Assembly (NCBI GenBank): GCA_051362555.1
Contig: CM120644.1
Location: forward strand, 23,334,534 to 23,398,533
Direction: 5' to 3'
Length of the DNA: 64,000 bases
Source of the DNA: Lingula anatina
Lineage: Eukaryota > Animalia > Brachiopoda
Made by a program: the position numbers and the translations under genes. Every line of letters starts with the position of its first letter. Positions within the stretch are counted from its first letter, which is position 1. This document shows, in pieces, positions 37,218 to 52,594 of the stretch. Under the pieces are notes generated by a model. That model was given only the letters and a program-made list of their open reading frames with translations. It was not told the origin of the DNA and did no database searches.

Positions 37218-38736
37218 ACAGATGTGTCTGTACATATAGCCGTCATCTGCGTCTGTCGTCGCAGTTGCCGTCGTTGCCATCGTCGCCGTCGCCGTGCACT
37301 TTTACCGATAACACGATAAGTGGAAAACTGTTTTTTCTTTTTGTTTGAAACTTACAGAACTGATGAATATTCATATGCAGCACCGATAACACGATAAGTG
37401 GAAAATCATTTTACCTTTTGGCTTGAAACTTACAGAACTGATGCATATACATAATACGGAGGTCAAGTTCGAAAATCAGCGTGATTGGGTCATTTTTAGT
37501 GAATTTAGGCTATTTTTTCTCTTTTTTCAGCATATGTGCAGCACCGATAACACGATAAGTGGAAAACCATTTTACCTTTTGGCTTGAAACTTACAGAACT
37601 GATAAATATTCATAATACGCAGGTCAAGTTCGAAAATCAGCACGATCGGGTCACTTATAGGGAATTTATGCTGTTTTTTCACTTTTTTAAGTATATATGC
37701 AACACTGATAACACAATATAAGAAAAACAGATCGGCCAATTGTCATTATACTCACAGTAGGGGCCAATCTTACTAAAACGCAGGTTGAGTTTGAAAATCA
37801 GCATAATCAGTTCATTATTTTAGAAGTTATGCTGTTTTTTCACATTTCCTCACATTCAATTCTTAGGCATGTTAACAGTCTCATTATTGAACTAATAAGA
37901 TACGTAAAAGTGTTTGTTTGACATTTCCTGCATCTTTACAACATTGTTAGTTGATTTTTTAAAAATGATGGTAAACTTGTTATCATGTATTGTGTAAAAT
38001 AGTGTCAAAAATGGAAATAAACTCATATCATTGCAGTTTGTCAGATGCATTCATCCACTATGTTCAGAATCTCAGAATGGAGGAAGTTGGACATTTAACA
38101 CTGTTCTATTGATACTTTTCCCATCTCATCAATTTTCTTCATTGGTCATATAAAAATGGCAGTAAACTGTTTATTTTATTTTATGTTAAAAAAGTGTTAA
38201 AAATGGAAATAAACCCATTTCAGAACAGTGCTGTCTTGTTTACATTTTGGTATTTTCAATATGTGACTTTGAAGTTCCATGGGCCTGAAGACTTTTGCTT
38301 GTCACATTTTCTGAATAACCATGATACTAATATTTTATAATTAAAAATTGATGGTCATTATGCTGTAAAACATTATGTAATATTCCATCAAAATTTGAAG
38401 AAACCCCTATTTTGGGCACTGCTCCCATGATGACCATTTTAGGAAAATCATGTCACTTACTGTTCTCATACTTACAGGAAAGAAACATGGGACTAAAATA
38501 CAGCTTCAGTAGGCAATGCAGTCTGTTTGGTAAATTGTTCTGGCAATAAAACAGTTTTTTGTGAAAATTTAATTTTTCACATATTGGCATTTCCAAGGTG
38601 TGACTTAGAACCTCCACGGGCTTGAAGACCCATGCTAGTCACATTTTGTGAAAATCCATGACACTTATATTTTATTATTAAAAATCAATGGTCATTATGC
38701 TGTAAAGCATTATGTAATGTTGCATCAAAATAGAAG
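37218..38736 (+). mobile_element. Helentron family 1, truncated (paralogue of 874-2399)
   Basis: Near-identical to copy A; the left hairpin arm is lost at the deletion junction. Confidence 0.75.
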
Positions 38737-41700
38737 TAAGCGTGAAATTGATATTCAGTTTCATAAATGCTCAAATTACGATAGCACATACAGTATATCC
38801 TACGGGAAGTGAATATCGCTTGGATAAAGTTGTAACTAGGCAGTGCTTTTAATAGACACGAGAAGCAGAAGAACTTCTACAGTATTAAGTGGAGGACTTC
38901 AGATCTTGATAATAATGATGAAATTTTGTGAATTTTCTTACGCTCTCGAATAAACCATACTTCTTTGTCCTGGTTTATTCTGTGAAATCTGGGCATATTG
39001 GCGATCGTTTTAAATGAGAAACTAAGTATTGTCAGTGAAAGTAAGGCACCATTGATATGACTTTTTCACCGGGGCACGTTCGGCCCCGGGGCACGTTCGG
39101 CTTTTACTCTATTTTCCACAATTAACACTTTTGGTCCAGCATCGACCCCTTTACGTGTCACTTGATCTATTTAGCGGATTCTACGAAAATAAGGCTTCTG
39201 TGGTACACTCCGTTCAGAAGGTATGGTGGAAAAACTTATTTTTCACGAGGAGTTGTTATCTAGTTTTTAAAAATTTTTCCTTAACGTGGGGTTATTTCAA
39301 ACAACTAGTGTATGTTAAAATGTTATTTGTGATTAAAGTTGATGTTATGCGTTTGAACGCTCTGTTGTTTCAAATGTTAGAATGTTTTCCCGTTGGATTA
39401 AATGTGGGGTTTCAATACTGACGTAGTTCAGTTCCTTCATGTTCTGTTATTGATATACTGTTACAAGTCATTTAGTAGATTTGTGGAATAATTTTTTCGC
39501 CCCCCCCCCCTCCCCCCCCATCATCAGCAACTGCTGTGCATCAGTCAAAGATGTGCAAAAGAAACAAGGGAGATATTATATACCGACTAATTTATGCCGG
39601 TATAAAGTTTCAAACAATCTGCTTTAATTTTGAGTGCCCGTACAATGTTCTGCTGTGCTAGTATATGTTGTATAATCCAATCATTCCTCTGTCACAAAAC
39701 TACCAAGGTCTTCTAAGTATTGTGGCATACATAACAAATTAAGCATCCAGTTTGGTAGTTGCTATGGATTATTAATATGATGTGGAATTCGATATTGTCA
39801 TCAAATGCCATTTTGACACAGTTAAATCCATTCCTGATACCCTTACTGAGGTTAGGAATGCTTTAGTGCTGTATTGAATGCAGTTTTAATTTGTTGTTTG
39901 ATGGTCTAGTATGTTATGAACAATACTACCACCCCTCCAATCAAAAAAGGGATATGTGAATGAATGAATGAAAATGTGAAATGAGTTAATAGATAAATAC
40001 ATGAATAAATTACTGTTAAAATGAATTTAGTTTGTCACTAATGAAAATGGGTCAGTTTTTGTCTAAAAGTTTGGACCAGTTTTTGAGCATAAGTTATTTT
40101 TATGAAACATGCCCCTGATGTACTTTTAATAAGAAAAGCTCTCCCAGTCAATTGATTTGTCATCATGACTAATTGGATTGGAGATTGATTAAGCATTATG
40201 CTGATTGCTTCTGTACTAGAAAGTACCAGGTAAATGCATGCATTAATAGATACTTCCATCATTTCCACTTTCAATTGGCTGCATTGGTAGAGCCATTAAA
40301 AAGGGTTTAGAATTTAGGGTTATAATTAACGAAAGGCATGCCATTTACATGTTGGACCTTAATATAGGAAGAGCAATTTTCCTAAATATGTCAAGTTTTT
40401 TTCCCTTGATATGCCTTTTCCTTAAAAACCATTGAGAAAATTAGATCTGCTAGTCTGTTTTTAAATAGAAGTAAAAAATACACCAAAGCTTGTAAAATAA
40501 GTTTTAGCTCCTAACCCCCAACTTGTACATCCGATGTAAAATTTTTCATTTTGTGAATTGACATGAAGGAGAGAGCCTGTTTATCGGTCTATGTGCTTTG
40601 GTCACATGTACTAGAAGCTGGCCATGGAGTGTGTTTGCTCAGGTAATACAGGTGAACTCTGTTGTAATGTAAGCGGAACAAAGGGCACGCACCCTCCACT
40701 GCACGGAGGGCCATTGTGATGGACAAATCAACAGGAAAATCCTAAGAAAATAAAGGAGTAATAGATGTAGGTGGGGTGACTGTGTGCAATACATAGGTTG
40801 TACATGCTGTCATTTCTTCACATTTTTAGCTGTCTGAGATCACAAAGTTGAGGTCTTATTGACGAGAACTTTGACTCGACTCTCAGCTTGATATTTTTTC
40901 ATGGCATTAATTGTTTATATTATTTGAGAATTCCCAATTGGTCTATTTGGGTGTACAGGTGGGATAAGGTTGATTCAGAATCTAATACTTATACTGACTT
41001 TAAATAGTGTGGTTTGTGAAATGAAGATTTTAAATTAAAATGAAAAATCCAGGTTAATAATATATGTACAAGTGCAGGTATTGTTTACCAGGATGAGTCA
41101 CCCAGTAATAATAACAACACAAACATCCCAGCTCCCATGCTGGCTGTGCCTTTATTATACCCAGCCTCTGATATTATCACCTAATTTAAAATGACATTTT
41201 TTTCTACCTTCCAGAGAGAAATTCACTGTGGGTCATTAGCCGTCTGTCCACTTCACGAAGGTGGGCCCTTGAAAATCTTGAATATTTGTGAAGAACTTAC
41301 AAAGAAGCACAAACAAGTGGAACGACTAATTATATAGAGCAGGTTGTAGGGACTTTGTACAAGCTGGTGAACCTTTGGGACTTGGAGAAAATGTTGAGTA
41401 TTTGAGACTTGTTACAGTTGAAGCAGAATGTAGATGGAGTCTCCATGGAACTGTGGGTGGAGTTGTGAAGGCTTAGGTGAACAGCTGAGCTGTTGACTGT
41501 CTAAAAAACTACAGCAGAGAAGGAGAAGTGAGGTTGCCACAGCCAACATCTTCATTGAGGAAGTTTAAGTTTAGGCAACAAAACTAAGAAGACATGGCGT
41601 ACCAAGTGGTCACCCCCTCTCATATGATGGGATTGAAGGTAAAATAGTACTTTGTCTCTCTCCCTCTCTCTGTCTCTCTCTCCACACCCACACATTAAGT

Positions 41701-43595
41701 CAACATCACATTTAAGTAAGTGTTTACATAAATGCCAACATTTTCATTATTTTACAGGCACCTTGCATGTTATTCTCATTATTACAACAGGCTTTGCACT
41801 TAACATGTGTCACCTTGGTACATATTAACACAGTGATCGTTTGTATGTAGTCTACCTGCACTCATCTGTTTGTTCTGCCAGTTCCTGCTACGTACATGAT
41901 AAACCTGGTATTTGACCAGTGTTATCTGTGCTAAAGTAATTACTCACTAATCTTTCTGCTTTAATCTCCAAACTGGGGGTAATTTACACATGAATTTTTG
42001 ATAATGAATCCCAGACTGTGTCACAGTAACATAAGGCATCATTTTTGAGTGATTTTTTATGTTCTCGACAATAACCGCAGAGTGCAGAATGTTGTTTGCC
42101 ACTCTCAGTATACATTTTAGTGCCTGTTTGATACTGGAATTATTACTCTGAATTGGCTTTAATTATTCTACTTGTCAATTATTTTTTCAAGACCAGTCAT
42201 TTTGAGACACTGACAAAAACCTTTCTTTAACCCAGCTCAGTTTCAGAGTTTTTTTATCCCTTAATACTCAGGTATATAAATGTCAAAACTGTTTTGTTTG
42301 AAAATATATCACAGTATTTGTTCAAATTTATACATGGTTTTGTCTCACACCTGCAGTCAAATAGACTTACCAGAATTATTTCCCTAAAGTGCCACAAGTA
42401 ATTAGATATGACTTAAGATTATTATTGAAATATTTGCAGGCATTTGCATCTTACCTTGGCTTAAGGTTATTCTAAAATATTTCTAAAGTTAATCCCTGCT
42501 AAAGTCCTAATTTATTTAGTGAAATGTCAGTAAATTGGTCAGAGTGACTTGGAGAAATAGTTGAGAAATGTAGCAGTTACTGTGTTCAAAACATCTCAGT
42601 GCCCTGAATTATTGAATATGCTTCATTCTTGGCCAAAAAAAAAAAAAAAAAAAGAAAAAAAAAGGAGTAAATATCTCATCGAACATGAAAATTTGTGCAA
42701 GTACTATTGCTATTGAACTGGGAGATTTGATTTTATAGTTAACTGTAGTAGATTTTATTGGTTGATGATAAAAAAGTAAAAAGAATAATTACAACATTTT
42801 CATTAAATACTATGGTTTCCAATGAATATGGTAAATATGCCAGGAGGCGCAACAAATAAATAAGTGTCTGTCAGCTTTAATTTTTTTTTTTCATCTTCTT
42901 CTCTCTCACAGCACAGGGAGCCAGTGTTCAAGACACCTATGACTTTCAGTCCTCGTTTGGTAGGAGAGCAGGCAAGACCATCCCCATCCAGAGTTGATGT
43001 GTGGAGGGAACAGCTAGGCTTAGATGGTAAGGAAAGGCTAAATAAACCTGTACATGTACTGTTATGTCCTTAAAAAGCTTATAATGTTACTTTTGTTCGA
43101 GAAAAATTTGATCTTGATAGTCTAACATTGAAGTAGAACCACATGTTTTATCACAAATTTCACTGTTTGGAAATTTGTCAATATTTGGGGTTCATATCTT
43201 ATCAGAGGAGTATAAAAAGTTGTAAAAAGTTCAGTTTATCAGTGTGATTTATGCTTTTGGTATGGCTTTATTTTTTCTACTTATTTATCATTTGAAAATA
43301 CACAATTTATATTTGAATAATTTGATAAAAATGCTATTATATTGCTGACATTGTATTTCTCTGTTCTGTGCCCAGATGACCCGTATGGATGTAATGGTCA
43401 GCCGGACATGCCCAGCTCTGATGAAGAAGAACTAGAGCAGTATCAGCCACAGGGTGAGCAAGTCCACTCAGCCATCTGGGGCTGGTTTTACTGGAAGTCT
43501 AAAGTCAGTTTTGGGGCTTACATCTTTGCCTGATAGAGGACTAAATTTTTTTTAATAGTATCAGAGATCTGAATGTCCTTTGTCTGTATATCAAG

Positions 43596-46500
43596 TTTAT
43601 TGTACCACCAGCGTAGGCGCTGGCAGTACACATGGTTTTAGTCCCGACCCGCATGTTCCGCCGGCTCCACCGGCTCCGTTGGCTCCGCCGGCTCCTCTGG
43701 CTCTGCCGCCATCTCACCGTTACCGCTTCTCCTCCTAGACGGTAAGGGCCTCCGTACCCATCTCTTGGATTTAGGTCACCTATAATCTCAACTCGTTCCA
43801 CGTAAAATTTGGGCTTTGTCGGTGCTGGGGTCTAGGTGTGGCACTCATTACAATACACCCTTGTCCAAAAATGGCAAAATTAAATGCTATTTATCTACCC
43901 TACGGAAGGAATTATGGGAAAAATTTCTACAGACAACATTCCAAAAGTCATATGTGTAGATTTCAAATATGCCCTTAGATTTGACCTTTGACCTTTCTTT
44001 CAAGGTCAAACAGGCCAAAATTTTCAAAAAAGACAAAATTTTTTACGAAAAAAAAATTATTTGCGCTGTTATTCAGACACTACACAGACTTAACCAATAA
44101 TATTATTGGAAAGTGTTACCCTTCAGGTCATCTTTCATCTCCGTGAATTTGGGGTCAATCGGTGCATTTTCATGGGAGGAGCGGCCATAAGATACCGAAA
44201 CTGAAAACTGTCTCTTATTCGGGAGCCGTTAATGCTAGAGACCCATTCTTTTTTGCATTTTGTAGAGCATGTAAAGCCCAACACTGGGGTGGTCTCCATT
44301 TTTTTGTATCCCATACAGTTTTTGAGTTACGCTGTATCAAAAAGTACATATTGGTGGTGAAAGCAAAATGTGCAGTACGGTAATGGATAATAAATTTTGA
44401 ACCCCGGGAAAATGAAACATAAGGCTTGGAGAGGCAGACAACTTCTGGTCAAAAATGACATTAATTCATGAAATTTGAACATCTGGAACTTCTGAGCACC
44501 TCCCATTTCAAGAATTTCAACCAAAATGACCTTTTCTTTATTTTAATTAATTTTTCTGTACAAAATTTATGGCACATTATTGTAACTCCAAAATTATAAC
44601 ATTTAGTCCCTTATATCTTCAAAACTGGCAGAGAGAGGTCCATATTTACTATTGAACTTGAATAGGAAGTCATATACTGGCAATCTAAATGTGACCTTGA
44701 ATTTGACCTTTGACCTACTTTTCATCATGAATTGAACTTTGCAAATTTTGGTTCCCTTTTCTCTCTAAAACTGGCAAAGATAGGTCCATAGTTACTATTG
44801 AAGTTGAATAGGAAGTCATATACAGATAATTTTACTCTGACCTTGAAATTGACCTTTGACCTACTTTATACCTAAACTAAACTTTGCACCTTTTTTAATG
44901 CTTACACTTTCAAAACTGCGGAGATACGACATAGTTACAATTGAATTTGAATAGAAAGTCATTAGAGGCAATTAACTGTGACCTTAAAATTGACCTTTGA
45001 CCTACTTTTCACATGAACTGAACTTTGCGAAGTTTGGTTCCCTTTTATCTCCAAAACTGGCAACGATACGTCCATAGTTATTATTGAATTTGAATATGAA
45101 GTCATTAAAGACAATTTACTGTGACCTTAAAATTGACCTTTGACCTACTTTTTACCATGAACTTAACTTGGCAAATTTTATTTCCCTTTTATCTCCAAAA
45201 CTGGCAAAGATACGCCCATAGTTACTATTGAATTTGAATAGAAAGTCATTAGAGGCAATTTACTGTGACCTTAAAATTGACCTTTGACCTACTTATCACC
45301 ATGAACTGAACTTTGCTAATATCTTTCCCTTTTAACTCCAAACCTGGCAGAGATAGGTCCATAGTTACTATTAAAGTTGAATAGGAAGTCATATACTTGT
45401 AATCTTACTCTGACCTTGAAATTGACCTTTGACCTACTTTACACCATAAACTGAACTTTTTAATGCTTTTATTTTCAAAACTGGCAGAGATACGTCCATA
45501 GTTACTATTGAATTTGAATAGAAAGTCATTAGAGGCAATTTACTGTGACCTTAAAATTGACCTTTGACCTACTTTTCACCATGAACTGAACTTGGCAAAT
45601 TTTGTTCCCTTTTATCTCCAAAACTGGCAAAGATACGCCCATAGTTACTATTGAATTTGAATAGAAAGTCATTAGAGGCAATTTACTGTGACCTTAAAAT
45701 TGAACTTTGACCTACTTATCACCATGAACTGAACTTTGCTAATATCTTTCCCTTTTAACTCCAAACCTGGCAGAGATAGGTCCATAGTTACTATTAAAGT
45801 TGAATAGGAAGTCATATACTTGTAATCTTACTCTGACCTTGAAATTGACCTTTGACCTACTTTACACCATAAACTGAACTTTTTAATGCTTTTATTTTCA
45901 AAACTGGCAGAGATACGCCCATAGTTACTATTGAATTTGAATAGAAAGTCATTAGAGGCAATTTACTGTGACCTTAAAATTGACCTTTGACCTACTTTTC
46001 ACCATGAACTGAACTTGGCAAATTTTGTTCCCTTTTATCTCCAAAACAAGCAGAGATAGGTCCATAGTTACTATTGATCTTGAATAGGAAGTCATACACC
46101 CCATTCTCATAGATTAGATCGACCTACATTGGATCGACCTAACTCCCTGGGGGTTCACGCTAAATAGCTGTCAGCCGGGCGGACACGAAAGTTAATTACC
46201 CCTTAAAGCTTGTAGTAGGCGGGGACGGACACTTAAGGGGGATTATCTGACAGTAATCTAGTGAGACTCCCCGCGGTGATAGATCGATCTAAAAGTTGTG
46301 AGAACAGAGCCATATACTGGCAATCTAAAGTTGACCTTGAAATTGACCTTTGACCTACTTTTCATCGTGAATTGAACTTTGCAAATTTTTGTTCCCTTTT
46401 ATCTCCAAAACTGGCAGAGATAGGTCCATAGTTACTATTGAACTTGAATAGGAAGTCATATACTGGAAATTTACTGTGACCTTGAAATTGACCTTTGACC

Positions 46501-46714
46501 TACGATGAACTGAACTTTGATTGTACCATTTTTAGTTATATATATTTTTTGCATATTTTGATAATTCTTGTAGATTGCATTTTTTACAGCTTGTCAAGCA
46601 CAAGACTGGGGGGGTCCCTTTTTTTGTGGGGGGGGGGGGGGTCTATACGAATGCGCTTACTCCAGCTGGTGGTACAATATTCGGAGGCGGTATCGCCTCT
46701 CTGATCCTCTAGTT
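43596..46714 (+). mobile_element. Complete Helentron-like element family 2 with ~146-bp internal array
   Basis: 5' tattgtaccaccagc and 3' subterminal gctggtggtacaata (46665-46679), followed by hairpin gaggcg-gtat-cgcctc and ctagtt. Confidence 0.8.
46097..46311. mobile_element. ~215-bp MITE nested in the family-2 array
   Basis: Interrupts gtcata/tactgg with ata duplicated; imperfect inverted ends (ttctca..tagatcga and tcgatcta..tgagaa). Confidence 0.65.
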
Positions 46715-46769
46715 CATTGATAATTTCACAAATTTTATTAAGTAAATGAGTAAATAAATCTTACATCAA

Positions 46770-46819
<50 letters not shown>

Positions 46820-49800
46820 TAGAGACATGTTCTATGATAGAGTACCAGGCCCTGAAGAAAGAGTTGGAGGAGAGGAATTCACAGAGAGATGAACTGTTGT
46901 ACAAAATTAAGGTGAGGACAAAAAAGAAGGCATTTATAAAGATGTATGCACATTGTTACACACTTGGAAATGAGAAAGAATAAAAAAAACAGGTATTTTA
47001 AATCAGAGCATTTAAAGAAGTGTTCAGAAGGTGGACAGTTCAAGATTAGTGTTTAAAGATATATACTTACTGTCAGAAGCTAAACTTTCTTTTTATATTT
47101 GAATATTTTTCAGCAGAGTTTAAATTACTTAGGCTTGGCATAAAAAGTAAAGAAAAAATGGAGAAAACGTTGAAATAATGATGTTATTCTGCTTCAGATG
47201 TTGAATGACAAAGGAAAGAATTACAAGGCTCGTCTTGTCAAAGAGGAGAACAACAAGAAGCAACAGATCAAGATTATGAGGAAAACGCACGAATCTCACT
47301 TAGAGGCCAAACAAAACCTAGTCCAAAACTTACAAGATGTCATAGATGAGCAGGAAGCTAAAATCTTCCAGCTGGAAGCAGAAATTAAAGGTAATAGGCT
47401 GTGACATGATGTATGTGAGCATGTTGTGGGCCTTTGTTTGTGCCTGCCTGTGAGTGCGTGCGTGTTTGCATAAACATGCATATGCATGTACATGCAAGTT
47501 TGAGGAAAAAGTATCTTGTATGAAATCTACTTGATATAATGTATATGCCTACATACCAATGTTGCATATTGATAAGCATATTTTCATCAGTAATGCTGAA
47601 CACGCACCATTCTTTTGAGGCTACTAGTAGATGATTTTTCAACCTGTTTATATAGTTTGCATCATTTAGTTAACTTTTTTCACAGGGGATACAAGTCGCA
47701 GATCGAAACCTCCATCTGCAGTGAACAAGTTGGTTGATCAGATTCAGCATTTAGAGTCAGAAAAGGCTGAGTTGACAGGACAGTTACTCACAGCTCAGGC
47801 AGAGCTCCAAAATTTCCGCTCAGAGAAAGAGGAACAGGATAGGACTACCAAAAGTGCAATAAATAAATTGGAGAAAGACAATAGGTCATTGCAAGAGGAG
47901 GTAGTAGGCCTCAGAAACAGGTAAATGTTTTGATATAGTTATCAGTGTATATTTTGATTCATCATATATAGGATTTGCTACAACCATATCCCCTTAAAGT
48001 GCAATTTTGATGGTTTTAGGTTGAATGTAATTTTAAGTCTAACCAGTCTGATTTTGGTATCAATCAGTGCATATTTTGGGGAGTGACAATTAACACAAGG
48101 TGCCATAGTTAGATTTGAATCCAGCAGAGAATTTCCTAAGCTGTGGTATGCACTCAAAGTTCAATGATGATAGTTTCTTTAAACAATTAAAACTCACAAT
48201 TTTTCCACAGTGACTCCAATATTTCATTGTCTCAACAGTGGTAATAACTCTTAGGTTTCAGTCCTTGTTTCTAGAGACAAACATTGTAACAGAAATTAAT
48301 TATAAAAATTATAGTTGGTATTTATTTTCTCTTCAGGGCAATGGCAGCACAGACACAGAGAAACAACTGCTGAAATTAGAGCAGGACTGCGACAGACTGC
48401 AGATGGAGCTTTCCGAGTCCCGCAGACTGCAGCCCAAACAACCTTATAATTATGCTGCAGAGAATGCTAAAATAAAGGTCGGTTACAGTGATTTTTATTT
48501 GTATTATCAATTATTACTTTTATAGTATTATTTTACTATTATTGGAACTACTTATTGTCAGCATTTATTTGTTTGTTTGTTTGTTTATTTTTGAAGTAAG
48601 GGGCAATTTGCCTGACTTGGGTTTTATACTGAAACTCTTCTTGAAGTTAATTCTCTTTGAATTTTACAAGTAAAAGAAATATGCTGTAAATGTTTAGTGT
48701 CTGATCTATAGATTCAAAAGTCTGTGTAAATGATTTTGTCATTGACTGCTTTATTGCAATCTTACCCATGAAAAAATGTGATAATTACTCTCTTTTACTG
48801 TAACAGAATAAGACTGTGACAGTTGAATGTGGTTAAAACAGTATGTTTTATGACATATTTGTGACATATTTAAGTTTTAGTGGTACTGTAAGGTAATGTC
48901 TAACAACTGTTGAAATACTTCAACTTTTTTTCCACACAAAAAAAAACAAAACAAAACAGAAATTAGAAGAAGAAAATGAGCACTTGAAAAACAGGGTGCT
49001 GGAACTGGAGACAGACTGTGCTATAAAACAGAAAGAGCTCTCGGACTTAAAGCTCAAACACAAGGAAGACATTCACAGGCTGACCTCAGAGAATGTTGGT
49101 GTGAACAAGCAGCTCCGTCAGATGAGACAAGATCTCACCTCCCAACAGAGCAAAGAACCTCAGGTGGGAAGTAATATGAAAAATGCTAATAATGATAATA
49201 ATAATGATAATAATACTTTTTAGCTTTGTAGTTTTATTCAATGTAAAATATTAAACTATCCGAGGAAGACTTTGGCTTAAAACAGTCAAAAGACAGAGTT
49301 AGACTAAATTTATTGGAGGACAATGTGTTAGGCCAATAGTTACTTCAGTACTATTGAATTATCCTAATTGGAATTAACACCAGAATTTTTGGTCAACATT
49401 TCTTTTGTGCTTCCCCCCTCCCCTTCCCCCTACAAAACCACACATAATTCATGTTTCTCCATGATACACAGGACTAGAACTAGACCAAAGGTTATGGTCT
49501 AAAGGTCAAAGCCAACTTTCAGTCATAAGCCCTTATGTGAAACTGCCCCCAACTTATCTAAGGTGAAAACAAGGTTTGATGCATGTTTCTCCTTGACCAA
49601 CAGGTCCACACCAAGGTCAAGAAGGTCGAAGTCGAGTCCGAGGCCAGTAAGAAGGCACTGGCAGAAGCCATGGCCGAGAAGGATAAGCTACGCAATCAGA
49701 TCACGACATACCAAAGAATGTACAATGACAGCAACAAACAGTTGACTGCAGAGAAAATCAAAGTCACTGATCTTGAAAAGAGGGTATGTGTCAATTAGGG

Positions 49801-51709
49801 TAGAAGGTATGTGTTGTTGACAGTATGAAATGCATGGTCCAATGAAAATTTTATCCTGTTTATCCAAAATATTTCATTAGAACTGGTAGAGAACTTTTTG
49901 AGATATGATGTCCACGCATACTTATCAACGCCAATAAAAACACAACCTTTTTCACTGGCAGAGGTAATTATTTATTTCACAGTTCTTTTAAAATCCTTCC
50001 TCCCATCCAGTTAAAGGAGTACGAGAAGCAGATGGAGGTTGTCAAGTCAGAGATGATGAGGGAGATGAAACAGCTGGAGCAGACCAAGTCCCATGCCGTG
50101 GACCAGGCTGCCAAGAGGGCCGAGGAGAAGATGATGTCCCTGAATACCAACTACACACGGGCCAAGCTGGGACTCCACTTGCTCTGGCCTCAGTTTACGC
50201 AACTGGTGAGGAAGTCAGCTTGCAGTACATTATATTGTCATTTGTCACCCAAAGTAACTGATTTGCACTTTGATTGTAGAATCATCTGTGGATTATTACA
50301 TGTTAAACTTGTCTTATTACAGTTAATGTAGTTATAGAATATATTGGATGGTGATTGTTAAAATGTAGAGATATAGATGAGATGATGATGATGATAATAA
50401 TAATTACAGAAGGCTATTCCACAGTATATTATCATATACTCTCTAGAATATCTTCACCTGCTAAGGGGGGTGGGATGTATGCATCTTCCCTTAAATTAAG
50501 AAAGTAGGAATTGTGAGAAATTTTTGCATTTTGATTAAAATGGGATGGAAATTGCTTCAGTAAAATATTTTACAAGTGACAAGCTATTTTAACCTGTAAA
50601 CCCACTAAATCAGATACCTAATGAAATATAAGTACATTTGTGCATGAGGGTAGCATGGACATATCACCATGTAAAAAACCACATCCTCTATAAAAGCTTG
50701 TTTTCTTTCTTTCAGGTGAAGGAGCACAAAGCATTGAAGAAGGACATGTCTGCCTTTCCTCTCCTCATTAAGCAAACCGTGGTAATGACACTGAAAGAGG
50801 TAACCATTGTTATATGCTTTGGCATACATGTGATAAAATTGGTCGCACTAAGAGTAACTTTCAGGTCTGCTGCTTGTTTAATGAAGTTATATGATGAACA
50901 GATGTAATTATATTTCATGAAAACAGACACTTACATTCAACAAATCCAATAACACATATTAAAACATTACATGATCTTATGACTGGAAATAGTAACAAGA
51001 ATCGGGTTGTTATGACTATGCCACATGTATTTCTTACAGATTAGCAAAGCTGTCCATAATGTCAGTGAGTACAACAAGGAACTAGTCAGGAAGTACAAGA
51101 AGGAGATGCAGTTGAGGAAGAAATACCACAATGAGCTTGTGGAACTCAAAGGTAGTTGGCACTGCTAGAGACAATAGATAGTTCAAACTGTAAACTTTTC
51201 AATCTCCATTGTAAAGATTTTATATATGAGACCTATTTTAGTAAACCTTGTGTATTTTGCCAAATTAAAGTTTGAAAACATTCTATCAGCTGCATTTATC
51301 ACTTATTAATTACATTAATTTGTCACTCGACAGCTGAAAGGAGAGTTTATTGTTTCTTTTATAAAGATGGTATAAAATAAATAGTTTCTAAAGAGACAAA
51401 ACTAGTTGAAACACCATGCCCATTTAGAAGGGTAACTTTTTTTTCAAAATGTGATATTAATTCACTTTTTCTATGGACAAACTTCATTTCATTTGATCCC
51501 TACCCCAATTTCAGGAAACATCCGTGTTTTCTGTCGTGTCCGTCCAAACATCCGTGAAGATGGCAGTGGTCAGCAGGCCCAGTCAGTGGTCAGTTATGAC
51601 TAGGATGATGATGGACTGCTGTTCCTCAATAACAAAGGTGGATGTGTCCAGACATTTGAGATGGACAAGGTCTTCACTGAAGACAGCACTCAAACAGAGG
51701 TTTGCTTTT

Positions 51710-51753
<44 letters not shown>

Positions 51754-52022
51754 TAGTTCAGGTCTAAATTGTTGTTACAGTTATACATGTATGGGCATAT
51801 CTATTGGGCACAGGTATGTGAGTGTGAGAAGTGGGTTCTTAATTTTTCCATCAGACATTGTATGATTGAGCTTCTATTCACTTTTTGTAATTATTGAAAA
51901 CTTTTCGCTGAAAACTCTGGCAGCCTGCTAAGAGCAAACAGACACATGAAGATATTTTAAATTATTGAATGAATTTTTTTAATGTTTGCTTTGAAAAATA
52001 AAAAAAAAGAATATTTATACGT

Positions 52023-52056
<34 letters not shown>

Positions 52057-52594
52057 CTAGCTGATATTGGGTCTCACCTTTTAAAGGTCTCATGTCTTAT
52101 AAGAATGAAAAATGTAAGGCATTTTTATATCAGCTCATTGAAAAGCAGTTCATTAGTGGAGAATTTTTAAATTTTGTGTTTTTCCTTGTATTTATTCAAA
52201 TTCTCCTAGACATATTAACAATGATATAATTTTGGTACTTAATATATCCAGGTATTTGATGAAGTGAAGGCATTGGTGACATGCTGTGTTGATGGTTATA
52301 ATGTCTGCATATTTGCTTATGGTCAGACAGGGTCTAGAAAGACATATACCATGGAGGTAGGTAACTGTACACACTAGCATGTGTGACTTAATAGACATAT
52401 ATCTTTAGCTGGTATGTAGTTGTATATGTAAAGAATGATTTGGTCAAATATTGATAATAGTCGTTACCTAATCATTTATTGACATTTTCCTTTTGATAAT
52501 TTGTTTTACTCTCAGCTTTAAAAAGATGGATGTATACATGATTACTATTTTGACTTTAGCATGCCAATTAATTTTTTTTTTTTTATTGATTTTA

